DNA from: Candidatus Zambryskibacteria bacterium RIFCSPHIGHO2_02_FULL_43_14
GTDB lineage: Bacteria; Patescibacteriota; Minisyncoccia; Phycocordibacterales; Zambryskibacteraceae
NCBI GenBank assembly: GCA_001825315.1
Contig: MHVR01000023.1
Location: 1-55,980 of the forward strand
Length of the DNA stretch: 55,980 bases
Direction: 5' to 3'
Made by a program: the position numbers and the translations under genes. Every line of letters starts with the position of its first letter. Position 1 is the first letter of the stretch. The notes under the pieces were generated by a model. That model saw only the letters and a list, made by a program, of their open reading frames with translations, had not been told where the DNA came from and made no database searches. Below are positions 1 to 7,507 of the stretch, piece by piece.

Positions 1-236
1 TCAAGAACGAGGACGAACTCGTCGACGCTCTGGGTACGTTTCCGGCTGAAGCGATGGTCGTAGCGGCACTCAATGACAAGCCGCTACAATCGTTTGCCTG
101 CGACAACGCCCGGCCTGGACAAAAAATCGTCCAGCTCGGCTGGGGCAAAGAGCCGGAAGTTCCGCGCTCTGACCCACAGTACGTCCGCTTGCCAATCATG
201 GGAGAAGCAATCGTGAAGCTTCTCCTCGAAATCTAA
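1..236 (+). CDS. hypothetical protein, C-terminal fragment (frame open to window edge)
   Basis: Frame 3 is open from nt 3 to TAA at 234-236. High-GC codon usage like the rest of the 1-4 kb island. No domain recognised. Confidence 0.5.
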   Translation, partial: KNEDELVDALGTFPAEAMVVAALNDKPLQSFACDNARPGQKIVQLGWGKEPEVPRSDPQYVRLPIMGEAIVKLLLEI

Positions 237-257
237 CAACTTTCAAGGAGACGTGCG

Positions 258-698
258 ATGAAGATTCTCGTGATCGAAGACACGCCAAAGCACCGCGACG
301 ACGCCAAGCGATTCTTCGCTGGAGAGAGTGGTGTCACAGCCATCTACTCGTCGGACTGGGGCGGCGCCAAGCGCTTCCTTGAGGAAAAGGGTAAGGTGGA
401 CGGAGTGATCTCCGACATCTACTTTCCCTATCTCAACGATTCAATCTGGAGCGAGCCTGAACCAGTTGGTGTCTACGTGATGATACTCTGCAGGGAACGT
501 AGAATTCCCTGCGTGCTCAACACTGACGGCAACCACCACGGCAAGCGACTCCAGTGGATCCACGAGATGATCGGCCATCTCGGCCTGCCGGCGATGATCG
601 ACACGGGCCAAGACAAGGCCGAGTCGAAAAATTGGTCGCAAGCGTTTGAAGCGCTCAAGACCATCATCGCTCCCTCCAACCATCCCGATCAGAAATGA
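258..698 (+). CDS. stand-alone CheY-like receiver (REC) domain protein
   Basis: 146 aa. MKILVIEDT (acidic pair after beta1), DGVISDIYFP (phospho-acceptor Asp position), VLNTDG (conserved Thr), alternating beta/alpha pattern. AAGGAG lies 7 nt upstream of the ATG. Confidence 0.6.
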   Translation: MKILVIEDTPKHRDDAKRFFAGESGVTAIYSSDWGGAKRFLEEKGKVDGVISDIYFPYLNDSIWSEPEPVGVYVMILCRERRIPCVLNTDGNHHGKRLQWIHEMIGHLGLPAMIDTGQDKAESKNWSQAFEALKTIIAPSNHPDQK

Positions 699-703
699 TC
701 GGG

Positions 704-743
704 TCCTACCAAAGCAATTAAGTTCTTGATTGTTTTGGTGGGA
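704..743 (+). repeat. island hairpin element, copy 1 (TCCTACCAAAG-N18-TTTTGGTGGGA)
   Basis: Inverted 11-nt arms at 704-714 and 733-743 around an AT-rich, partly self-complementary loop. Followed by a second hairpin GGGACA..TGTCCC (740-755) and GTTCTTTGAGGA (760-771). Confidence 0.8.
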
Positions 744-771
744 CAATTGTGTCCCGACTGTTCTTTGAGGA

Positions 772-981
772 ATGACATACATGACAGAAGAAACGTGGAA
801 AACTGGATGGAAGCCAGAATACGCAGGTCTTCCGTTTCGGGTAATCGTGTTCGCATCGTTCTTCGGTCCCAAACCTGACCAGACCACACTTGAACTTTTG
901 GAAGAAGTTCAACGTCTCTCTGACTCGGAAATGTCAGAGCTCTTCGCTTCTGCCTTCAAAGCCTTTCAGGCAATGAATTAA
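772..981 (+). CDS. small hypothetical protein (69 aa; start more likely ATG 781)
   Basis: ORF track. GAGGA at 767-771 abuts ATG 772 but is 9 nt from in-frame ATG 781. No homology recognised. Confidence 0.45.
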   Translation: MTYMTEETWKTGWKPEYAGLPFRVIVFASFFGPKPDQTTLELLEEVQRLSDSEMSELFASAFKAFQAMN

Positions 982-1013
982 GAAGCCTATGGGCGAACGC
1001 AATTTGTTCGCCC

Positions 1014-1054
1014 TCCCATCAAAGTTTTTAAGTTTATTAAAAATTTTGATGGGA
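1014..1054 (+). repeat. island hairpin element, copy 2 (TCCCATCAAAG-N19-TTTTGATGGGA)
   Basis: Arms at 1014-1024 and 1044-1054. Preceded by GC hairpin GGGCGAAC..GTTCGCCC (991-1013). Followed by hairpin 1051-1069 and GTTCTTTGAGGA (1072-1083). Confidence 0.8.
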
Positions 1055-1124
1055 CGAATGGTTCGTTCCATGTTCTTTGAGGAGACAAAAGATGTAAACA
1101 GCAAGAGATTCTTTCGACGTTTAC

Positions 1125-1481
1125 TTGGAAGAAAAACGGCAACAGGAACTACCACTTCACGGTGATAATCCGGCGCCGTTCAAACAGCCGTTTCTCGTCA
1201 TCACGTTCAAGGATCAGAAGATCCACGGTGACGTTGCCGACGGTTGGCATGTCGACGTCGACGGCCAGATCGAGAAGTATCTCGAAGGATTCACGGAGCG
1301 CACTCTCGAGTGGTGTCCACCATTCAACAAGATGGATCGGGCGACACCGCTTCTGAGAAGCATCGTCGAGTACTTCGCAAGCCGTGGCATGGAGGTTGCG
1401 AAGGTTGCCACGTACGTCGGATCCGCCGGCCCATCACACATTCTGAGGAACGGTGCGTTCTTCAAACGCATGAAGTTCTAG
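1125..1481 (+). CDS. hypothetical protein (118 aa, TTG start)
   Basis: ORF track. The frame opens after TAA 1095-1097, and the only start-like codon before residue ~69 is TTG 1125, with no SD. The sequence looks protein-like but the family is unknown. Confidence 0.45.
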   Translation: MEEKRQQELPLHGDNPAPFKQPFLVITFKDQKIHGDVADGWHVDVDGQIEKYLEGFTERTLEWCPPFNKMDRATPLLRSIVEYFASRGMEVAKVATYVGSAGPSHILRNGAFFKRMKF

Positions 1482-1518
1482 AATGTCCATAACCGGAGCG
1501 TGTACTACATGCTCCGGT

Positions 1519-1560
1519 TCCCACCAAAGTTATTAAATCTAATTGATGATTTTGGTGGGA
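1519..1560 (+). repeat. island hairpin element, copy 3 (TCCCACCAAAG-N20-TTTTGGTGGGA)
   Basis: Arms at 1519-1529 and 1550-1560. Preceded by hairpin CCGGAGC..GCTCCGG (1493-1517). Its GGGA again starts a second stem (GGGAAATG 1557-1564 / CATTTCCC ~1596-1603). Confidence 0.8.
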
Positions 1561-1943
1561 AATGGCTGACAATTAATGGTACTTGCCAGCCTAGTCATTT
1601 CCCTTAAGGCTACTACGGTAGCGGCGGGTCTAACCAACCTTGCTCAACAAATTGGTCGCGCATATTTCAGAAAGTGGCTGCTGAGATATATGCGGGGAGA
1701 TGATGAATCATCTCCCTCCTGAAATTTTCGCGGTCCAGGCAGGTGCAGAGGCCAGAGGACTAATTGAGTCGTCTTAGGAATTCCCTAAGGCGGATGGTTC
1801 CGAGTAATCGGGACAACCGGATCGCTGCGCGAGCGGCTAAGTTGGAAACCAAGGAGGTGGCCAACGCTCGCAATGCCAAAGATTCGGACTGCACACTTGT
1901 TCTAGTCTGGGTCAGATTAACCACCTGACCCAGTTTTATTTTT
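1561..1943 (+). ncRNA. candidate structured non-coding RNA or long structured 3' UTR (class unknown)
   Basis: No ORF of 60 aa or more on either strand across 1482-2052. Several clean hairpins: GGGAGATGA-tgaa-TCATCTCCC ~1695-1716, CTTAGG..CCTAAG ~1773-1789, and GGTT-CCGA-GTAA-TCGG-gac-AACC with a GNRA loop ~1796-1818. Ends in an intrinsic terminator at 1907-1943. A 48-aa ORF (1576-1722) without SD is an alternative reading. Confidence 0.35.
1907..1943 (+). terminator. rho-independent terminator
   Basis: Perfect 9-bp stem CTGGGTCAG (1907-1915) / CTGACCCAG (1925-1933) followed by TTTTATTTTT. Confidence 0.8.
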
Positions 1944-2005
1944 CAAGGTCTTTTATTAGCTATTAGCAGAGTGTTTTTCTGTAATATAAAGCAATAAACG
2001 TCAAG

Positions 2006-2034
2006 TTGACATAGAACATAAGCCATGATACAAT
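2006..2034 (+). promoter_or_regulatory. sigma70-type promoter TTGACA-N17-TACAAT (with TGn extension)
   Basis: -35 TTGACA at 2006-2011, 17-nt spacer, -10 TACAAT at 2029-2034 preceded by TGA. Located just upstream of ORF 2053/2098. Confidence 0.65.
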
Positions 2035-2052
2035 CCGCCACGGATATGTGGA

Positions 2053-2835
2053 ATGGATTACCCATTTTCACACCCGCTCTTTGAAAGGAGACTACATGTG
2101 AATGATAACTTCCGTGGGCACTTGGAAGAGTGCCTCAAGCACTTGACAGTGCGTCTACTTGAAGCGTATCCGAAAGGATCGAAGAGTGCCGCAAAGGCAC
2201 GACAGCCGATGGCAGAATTTTGTGGAGTTCAAATCCACGCTATCACTGGCTGGCTCTATCGCTCCGATCACCTGCCGCGGGGCGAGAAGTACATCAAGCT
2301 TTTGTGCTTTCTCGAAATCAACGGCTACAAGGTGATTGAATTCGAGCGACTGTCACAGAAGTGTCGCAACTTCGCCAGGCTCATTGGTTTCGGGCTGATC
2401 ACAAGTCAGCAAGCTGCCGAAATGCTTGGTTATTCCGGGGTTTCTCCAACTTCTACCCTCTTTGAAATGCTTCGAGGTAATGAAAGAGCAAGTAGCAAGG
2501 TAGAGGAGAAGCTTTGGGATATGTGGAAGGTCCGAAAAGACAAGCTGGACGAGACTATCGAGAAGGTGACTGAAAAGTATCGGTTGAACTTTTCGAAAGT
2601 ATCGAATCAGTCGTTGATGTCGATGAGTGAAAATCTCGTGGCAACGAACAACAACGGCTGTCCCAGAGATGGGGTGGTCGACATCATGCAAGGCCTGCTT
2701 CGTTTACTCGATAGTGGGGTCTTGCAGGATCTCTCCGATACTGATTGGACTGCTCTTCGTGGTTCAAGCAGTATGATTCTTCGACTTTCTTCCCATCTCA
2801 GCACTCTCAGTGCTAGGCTTGTAAGGCCTGGCTAA
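2053..2835 (+). CDS. hypothetical protein with XRE-like helix-turn-helix segments (start possibly GTG 2098)
   Basis: 260 aa. MAEFCGVQIHAITGWLYRSDHLPRGEKYIKL and ITSQQAAEMLGYSGVS..LFEMLRG resemble HTH_XRE. AAGGAG at 2085-2090 sits 7 nt before in-frame GTG 2098. Confidence 0.5.
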   Translation: MDYPFSHPLFERRLHVNDNFRGHLEECLKHLTVRLLEAYPKGSKSAAKARQPMAEFCGVQIHAITGWLYRSDHLPRGEKYIKLLCFLEINGYKVIEFERLSQKCRNFARLIGFGLITSQQAAEMLGYSGVSPTSTLFEMLRGNERASSKVEEKLWDMWKVRKDKLDETIEKVTEKYRLNFSKVSNQSLMSMSENLVATNNNGCPRDGVVDIMQGLLRLLDSGVLQDLSDTDWTALRGSSSMILRLSSHLSTLSARLVRPG

Positions 2836-2845
2836 AGGAGGTTCT

Positions 2846-3100
2846 ATGAATGTGCTTCGCTGGGTGGTGCAGAAAGTCGTTCGTGACGGCCAGCACGGCC
2901 CATACGCGGTAGCGAGAGACGAGAAGCTTGGATCAGTAACTTTTTCCCTCACGCCAGATGTCTGGCTGGAGAACAGGTTACCGGAATCCGGGTCAGAAGT
3001 GGTCTTGGAGGATTTCCAGAAGAAGCGTGCTGGGTGGCGCGCAATGTCTGCTCGGTTTTTCAGACCGGAAGACATCGACAACAACAAGCAGAGCGCCTAA
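2846..3100 (+). CDS. hypothetical protein (84 aa)
   Basis: ORF track. AAGGAGG lies 4-5 nt upstream of the ATG. No family recognised. Confidence 0.5.
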   Translation: MNVLRWVVQKVVRDGQHGPYAVARDEKLGSVTFSLTPDVWLENRLPESGSEVVLEDFQKKRAGWRAMSARFFRPEDIDNNKQSA

Positions 3101-3119
3101 GGGCGCGGAGCAAACAGCC

Positions 3120-3938
3120 ATGAGCATTCAGATCTCGGATCGTTCGGTGACACGCAATGTCAAGGATCTCAGTTTCGACTTCTTCGTCCGCAAGGAACTC
3201 AACGCGGACTGGGCGCTTCAGCTCGGCGATCTCGTCGAGCATGGCGTCGAGATGGATCCGATCTACATCACCCGTGAGAACAAGGTGATCGACGGTCGGC
3301 ATCGCATGGAGGCGCACGAGCTCGCCAAGAGGCCGGAGATCAAATGCAAGATCGTTGAAGCCGACAACGACATCGAGCTCGTCGTCTTCGCACTCAATCA
3401 GAACTTGGGAGGGTCGCTGCCGCCGAGCAAGGGCGACATCGAGCACACCATTCAGGATCTCCTGAACCGTGGTGTGCCGAAAAAGCAGCTCGCGGAGACA
3501 CTCTCGATGCTGCCAGGCAAACTGGTGAGGAAGTACCTCAATGACGTCGAGAGCCAGATGCAGCGCGCGAAGCTGCAAAAGGCAGCCCTCGCCATCTCGA
3601 ACGGCGGACTGACGGTGCCGAAGGCGGCCATTCAGTACGACGTGCCCGAGGACCAGCTCAAAGCGCTCTTGACCACACGGGTCAAGGGCAAGACCAAGCG
3701 CGGGATCGAGGAGATCCAGCGGCAGCTCTCGGTGTCGTACAAGTCGCTCGGTCAACGCAACTCCGCGACCGTGCGCCGGCTTCTGGACGCGTACCAGGAC
3801 GGTGACGTTTCGCACAAGCAGGCGATGAAGATCTTCACTCATCTGGATCACCTGATCAAGGTATCGAGTCGCAAGGCCACCGAGTGGCGCAAGCGGTTCG
3901 AGGCGATGGAAGCGCCGAAGAAGATCAACGCCGCGTAG
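3120..3938 (+). CDS. ParB/Srx-fold (ParB N-terminal nuclease-like) domain protein
   Basis: Track ORF 2958-3938 trimmed to ATG 3120 (GGAG 9 nt upstream), which removes the overlap with ORF 2846-3100. Motif PIYITRENKVIDGRHRMEAHEL matches the DGxHR core of ParB-like domains. The helical C-terminal half may bind DNA. Confidence 0.65.
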   Translation: MSIQISDRSVTRNVKDLSFDFFVRKELNADWALQLGDLVEHGVEMDPIYITRENKVIDGRHRMEAHELAKRPEIKCKIVEADNDIELVVFALNQNLGGSLPPSKGDIEHTIQDLLNRGVPKKQLAETLSMLPGKLVRKYLNDVESQMQRAKLQKAALAISNGGLTVPKAAIQYDVPEDQLKALLTTRVKGKTKRGIEEIQRQLSVSYKSLGQRNSATVRRLLDAYQDGDVSHKQAMKIFTHLDHLIKVSSRKATEWRKRFEAMEAPKKINAA

Positions 3939-3964
3939 TCTCAATCAGTACAGTAGCAATACAA

Positions 3965-4011
3965 GGAGAGATGGTGGATACCTTGAATGGTAAATCCCAT
4001 CTCTCCTTTTT
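3965..4011 (+). terminator. rho-independent terminator after the ParB-like gene
   Basis: GGAGAGATGG (3965-3974) / CCATCTCTCC (3997-4006) followed by TTTTT. Confidence 0.75.
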
Positions 4012-4096
4012 CGTTTATTTCTTTTTAGCTAGTAACCAATCTGGCTCCGGAATAAAAGTGGCGGGGAACGCTTTTGTCTATCTGAATTCCGAACAA

Positions 4097-4188
4097 AGCG
4101 GAGGAGGTGAGATTCGAACTCACGATGGGTTTTAGCCCATGCCGCATTTCAAGTGCGGTGCCTTCAACCTCTCGAGCCACTCCTCCGC
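4097..4188 (-). tRNA. tRNA-Ser (anticodon UGA)
   Basis: Reverse complement folds as acceptor GCGGAGG/CCTCCGC, anticodon stem CCGCA/TGCGG with loop CTTGAAA, long variable arm and T-loop GTTCGAATC. No encoded CCA. Confidence 0.9.
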
Positions 4189-4245
4189 CTTGCCAAGAGC
4201 TCTTATTATCTAATTTATCAAAACATTTAAAGACCAATAAATCAA

Positions 4246-4273
4246 TTGACTATCCCGACAGGCCTGCTAGTAT
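4246..4273 (+). promoter_or_regulatory. possible promoter TTGACT-N16-TAGTAT for the TA operon
   Basis: Hexamers at 4246-4251 and 4268-4273, 23 nt upstream of ATG 4297. Confidence 0.4.
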
Positions 4274-4296
4274 TGTAACATAAATTATTACATAAC

Positions 4297-4503
4297 ATGA
4301 GAAATGTCATTAATATATCTCTTCCGCAAGAACTGACTAAAGTGGTGAAAAGAGAAGTAAAAACCGGTAACTATGCCAGCGTAAGCGAATTCTTTCGCTA
4401 TCTTCTACGCAACCACAGACTAGCTGAAGAGCTTAATAAAGCTAAGAGGGATTTTGAAATAGGAAAAGGAAAGGTGCTACGTTCGCTTAAAGATCTGCGC
4501 TGA
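4297..4503 (+). CDS. ribbon-helix-helix (CopG/ParD-like) type II antitoxin
   Basis: 68 aa. The N-terminal beta-strand plus helices pattern (INISLPQELTKVVKREVKTGNYASVSEFFRYLLR) is typical of RHH antitoxins. A RelE/ParE-like ORF follows 8 nt downstream. Confidence 0.7.
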   Translation: MRNVINISLPQELTKVVKREVKTGNYASVSEFFRYLLRNHRLAEELNKAKRDFEIGKGKVLRSLKDLR

Positions 4504-4510
4504 CTTTTTC

Positions 4511-4768
4511 TTGATGAAAATTCTTTACTTACCGAAATTTAGAAGAATTTATAAGAGAATACCTGAAAATATAAAAGATCTCGCTGAAAGGAAAGAAAAA
4601 ATCTTTCGCAATAATCCTCTTGATCATAGTTTAAAAACTCACAAACTTCACGGAGAGCTTGGCAACTTCTGGGCTTTCTCAATAAATTACCAATACAGAA
4701 TCATATTTGATTTTGCCGACAAAGACACCGTAAGATTTTATAGCATAGGCAAACACGATATCTATTAA
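4511..4768 (+). CDS. RelE/ParE-superfamily type II toxin
   Basis: 85 aa. KTHKLHGELGNFWAFSINYQYRIIFDF..DTVRFYSIGKHDIY matches the RelE/YafQ C-terminal pattern. Probable start is ATG 4514. Confidence 0.75.
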   Translation: MMKILYLPKFRRIYKRIPENIKDLAERKEKIFRNNPLDHSLKTHKLHGELGNFWAFSINYQYRIIFDFADKDTVRFYSIGKHDIY

Positions 4769-4773
4769 GATTG

Positions 4774-5010
4774 CTACTCGTTTTTTTCAATCACTTCCAC
4801 TTTGTAATTCTTGGCCACCACGAAGAGGTAAATTATTTCCAGAATGCCAAGAGTGTTTATAAGAAGAATAGCTATAAACCAATATTTCTGCCTAAGTTCG
4901 GCTGACCTCCAGAGAGCAAAACCTTTCCAGACTAACGACCAGAATATGATGAGAGCTATGAAGAGAGGGTGTACTCCAGCCCAGTTATCTAATAAATTTA
5001 TAAGTTCCAT
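4774..5010 (-). CDS. small two-TM membrane protein (DUF5652-like)
   Basis: 78 aa. Two hydrophobic helices with WKGFALWRSAELRQKYWF..NTLGILEIIY, a pattern I associate with a CPR-common small membrane family. Confidence 0.55.
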   Translation of the reverse strand: MELINLLDNWAGVHPLFIALIIFWSLVWKGFALWRSAELRQKYWFIAILLINTLGILEIIYLFVVAKNYKVEVIEKNE

Positions 5011-5041
5011 AGTTAGGTCATAATTATACTATAATTCTTGT

Positions 5042-5431
5042 ATGCGATTAATGGCTATAGACTACGGGAAAAAACGCGTTGGTATCGCTTCAACTGATGA
5101 AACTGGGCGCTTTGCTCTGCCTCGCATGATACTCGAGAACGATAAAACTCTTTTAGACAAAGTTCTGAAATTCAAGAAAGATGAGGGAATAGAGAAAATA
5201 GTCATCGGCGAATCAAGAAATCTTGACAATAGCGCCAATCCTATTCAAGCGGAGATAAGTCAATTTCAGACAGAGCTCGAAAAACACGGAGTGGAAACAG
5301 TCTTGCATCCAGAAATCTTTACTACTGTTGAAGCTAGACGACTGCAGGGAAAGAGTAAAATGATTGACGCTTCGGCCGCCGCTCTGATTCTTAAAAGTTT
5401 CCTCGATACCATGTATAATGAAGGGATATGA
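5042..5431 (+). CDS. ruvX: Holliday junction resolvase-like nuclease YqgF/RuvX
   Basis: 129 aa. The MAIDYGKKRVGIA N-terminus is the YqgF signature. Confidence 0.85.
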   Translation: MRLMAIDYGKKRVGIASTDETGRFALPRMILENDKTLLDKVLKFKKDEGIEKIVIGESRNLDNSANPIQAEISQFQTELEKHGVETVLHPEIFTTVEARRLQGKSKMIDASAAALILKSFLDTMYNEGI

Positions 5432-6423
5432 TTGTGCCTGCGAGACATAGAGCTTTTTTTGACCTTTTCCCTGCTCCAGAGTTTCTTCTTCTTTCGACTA
5501 CCGGTGTTACTGTCACGGATAGTGATACGAAATTTGTGCAATTGCGGAGGCAGACGTTTGGAAATGGTTTCGAATTGGCGCATGCTAGCAAGATAAATAA
5601 CCCTCAAGGGGCTGTTGAAGCCGGATTGATAAACAAGCCAGATGAACTTGTTTCTGTTTTAAAGAAACTTTCCTCACACTTTAATATTCGCTACGCCTGC
5701 GCTACCTTGCCGGAGGAGAAGGTGTATCTTTTCACCACGAGTATCGAAAAAGTGCCTTTTGGAGGATTGCGTGATGCCGTGGCTTTTATTGTCGAAGAAA
5801 ATGTACCCGTCTCCCTTGCTGAATCAGTTTTTGATTTCGAAATTATCGACCAAATGCCTGGCTCTAACAAAATCAAGTTAACCGTCACTGTCTTGCCGAA
5901 AGATATCGTCAATGCTTACATAACACTTTTCGAATCCGCCGGTATTACTCCCATTTCCTTTGATATTGAATCACAGGCCATTGCCCGGACACTAATCCAT
6001 CGCGGAGATAGACGACCAAATCTCATCATCAATCTCTCTCGGAAAAAGACCGGTTTTTACGTGGTCGAGGATAAAGTAGTGCAATTCAGTACTACATCGG
6101 CCTATAGTATTGGAGAGGATGATTCATATTCTAATCTCAATGATTTAAAGGCGGAGATGTATAAGGTGCTTGCTTTCTGGGATGCTCGTAGTGACAAATC
6201 AGGTCAAGCGGGAAAGAAGATTGAAAAAATCATTTTATGTGGATTCGGGGCAAGTAAGCATGACTTCGTCGGAAAACTGATGAGTGGAAGCGAGATTCCA
6301 TACGTTTTGGCGGATGTGTGGCAGAATATGTCTGTTTCTCGTAGTTATGCTCCGCAGATGTCATTTGATGAATCACTTGAGTATGTCTCAACTGTAGGTT
6401 TGATTCTACCTCGTGACAGATAA
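5428..6423 (+). CDS. pilM: type IV pilus assembly protein PilM-like
   Basis: 331 aa. FFDLFP..PEFL N-terminus and actin-like ATPase-fold layout. ATGA overlap with ruvX. PilN/PilO-like genes follow. Confidence 0.75.
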   Translation: MIVPARHRAFFDLFPAPEFLLLSTTGVTVTDSDTKFVQLRRQTFGNGFELAHASKINNPQGAVEAGLINKPDELVSVLKKLSSHFNIRYACATLPEEKVYLFTTSIEKVPFGGLRDAVAFIVEENVPVSLAESVFDFEIIDQMPGSNKIKLTVTVLPKDIVNAYITLFESAGITPISFDIESQAIARTLIHRGDRRPNLIINLSRKKTGFYVVEDKVVQFSTTSAYSIGEDDSYSNLNDLKAEMYKVLAFWDARSDKSGQAGKKIEKIILCGFGASKHDFVGKLMSGSEIPYVLADVWQNMSVSRSYAPQMSFDESLEYVSTVGLILPRDR

Positions 6424-6425
6424 AT

Positions 6426-6989
6426 ATGTTCAAATTACTTACAGATGAAGAAAAACAAAAAGTGGCGCATGAGTATGTTTTGCGCCGGGTCATTGTTATA
6501 TTGTTCGCGCTTATCCTGGTGTTAATAATAGGCATTGTAGGATTACTTCCATCCTACATTCTCTCTGATATTCGGGAGAATGAGATGACAGAACGTACAA
6601 GAATTGTAGAGGGTGTTGGACAGAAAGGAGGTGAAGTAGAACTTCAAGCATGGCTTGAAAAGATCAATCGCGAACTTCAGATACTATCCCCCGTGCTTGA
6701 CACGGACCGGCCGTCAATCTTCATCGAGAAAATTATTGACCAAAAAGTTTCGGGAACACATATCACCGGTTTCTCATGGGTAAGGGTGAAAGATGAAATA
6801 ACCCTTTCAATCAATGGCGTAGCTCTGGACCGTCAAACGCTTATCGCATTCGAAAACGGCATTAAATCTTCAGGATACTTTTCGGAAGTGACTCTGCCGG
6901 TATCAAACTTGGCCAAAGATAGAAATATTGACTTCCAAATCAAATTTTCGCTTGCCACATCTGCCAGCAGGTCTCTCAAGACACCATGA
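6426..6989 (+). CDS. pilN: PilN-like single-TM pilus assembly protein
   Basis: 187 aa. Short cytoplasmic N-terminus, one TM, periplasmic domain. Position immediately after pilM. Confidence 0.6.
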   Translation: MFKLLTDEEKQKVAHEYVLRRVIVILFALILVLIIGIVGLLPSYILSDIRENEMTERTRIVEGVGQKGGEVELQAWLEKINRELQILSPVLDTDRPSIFIEKIIDQKVSGTHITGFSWVRVKDEITLSINGVALDRQTLIAFENGIKSSGYFSEVTLPVSNLAKDRNIDFQIKFSLATSASRSLKTP

Positions 6990-7504
6990 TTTTCAAAAAC
7001 TCTAAATTGCTCCTGACAGTTTTCTCACTTATTACGATTATTCTTCTTTTCGCGCTAATCATTGGTGTTTACAGTATTCGAGCCAAGAATCAGAAGATTT
7101 CCGAACTTATTAATCTGGCAACTCAAGCCTCTGAAGTAGAAGTTATGGCCCGGTCCATACGAGCCGTGCAGAATAGCGCCAAAGAAGATCTAGAAGCTTT
7201 TGATGACTTCGTTCTTTCTGATGATAAGCTTGTGGCGCTGATTGAAAGTATAGAAGCGGTGGGCCAGACTCTTGATCTCGAAACCAAGATTGTTTCCGTT
7301 AGTAAAATAGAGGATAAAAAAGTTATTGTACCCGACATGATTTATATCGCGATGGAAACTCAAGGTCCTTGGGCCGGAACCTTTTCTTTCCTTCACGCTA
7401 TTGAGAATCTGCCTCACAGGGTCAAGTTAGATAAACTAAGTCTCTCAAAAGAGGAGGATGGTTGGCATTTGGCAGTGACCTTGGTGTTATACTCATTTGA
7501 TTAA
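6986..7504 (+). CDS. pilO: PilO-like single-TM pilus assembly protein
   Basis: 172 aa. N-terminal TM, then coiled-coil, then alpha/beta domain. 4-nt overlap with pilN. Confidence 0.55.
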   Translation: MIFKNSKLLLTVFSLITIILLFALIIGVYSIRAKNQKISELINLATQASEVEVMARSIRAVQNSAKEDLEAFDDFVLSDDKLVALIESIEAVGQTLDLETKIVSVSKIEDKKVIVPDMIYIAMETQGPWAGTFSFLHAIENLPHRVKLDKLSLSKEEDGWHLAVTLVLYSFD

Positions 7505-7507
7505 GAT

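Noticed and set aside
3060-3944. Long antisense ORFs: 294 aa at 3060-3944 (-), 148 aa at 441-887 (-), 298 aa at 49797-50693 (-).
   Set aside because: They lie exactly opposite well-supported genes (the ParB-like, REC and surface-protein genes) in locally high-GC DNA, where stop codons are rare. Their sequences are Arg/Leu/Val-rich low-complexity shadows with no SD or recognisable motifs.
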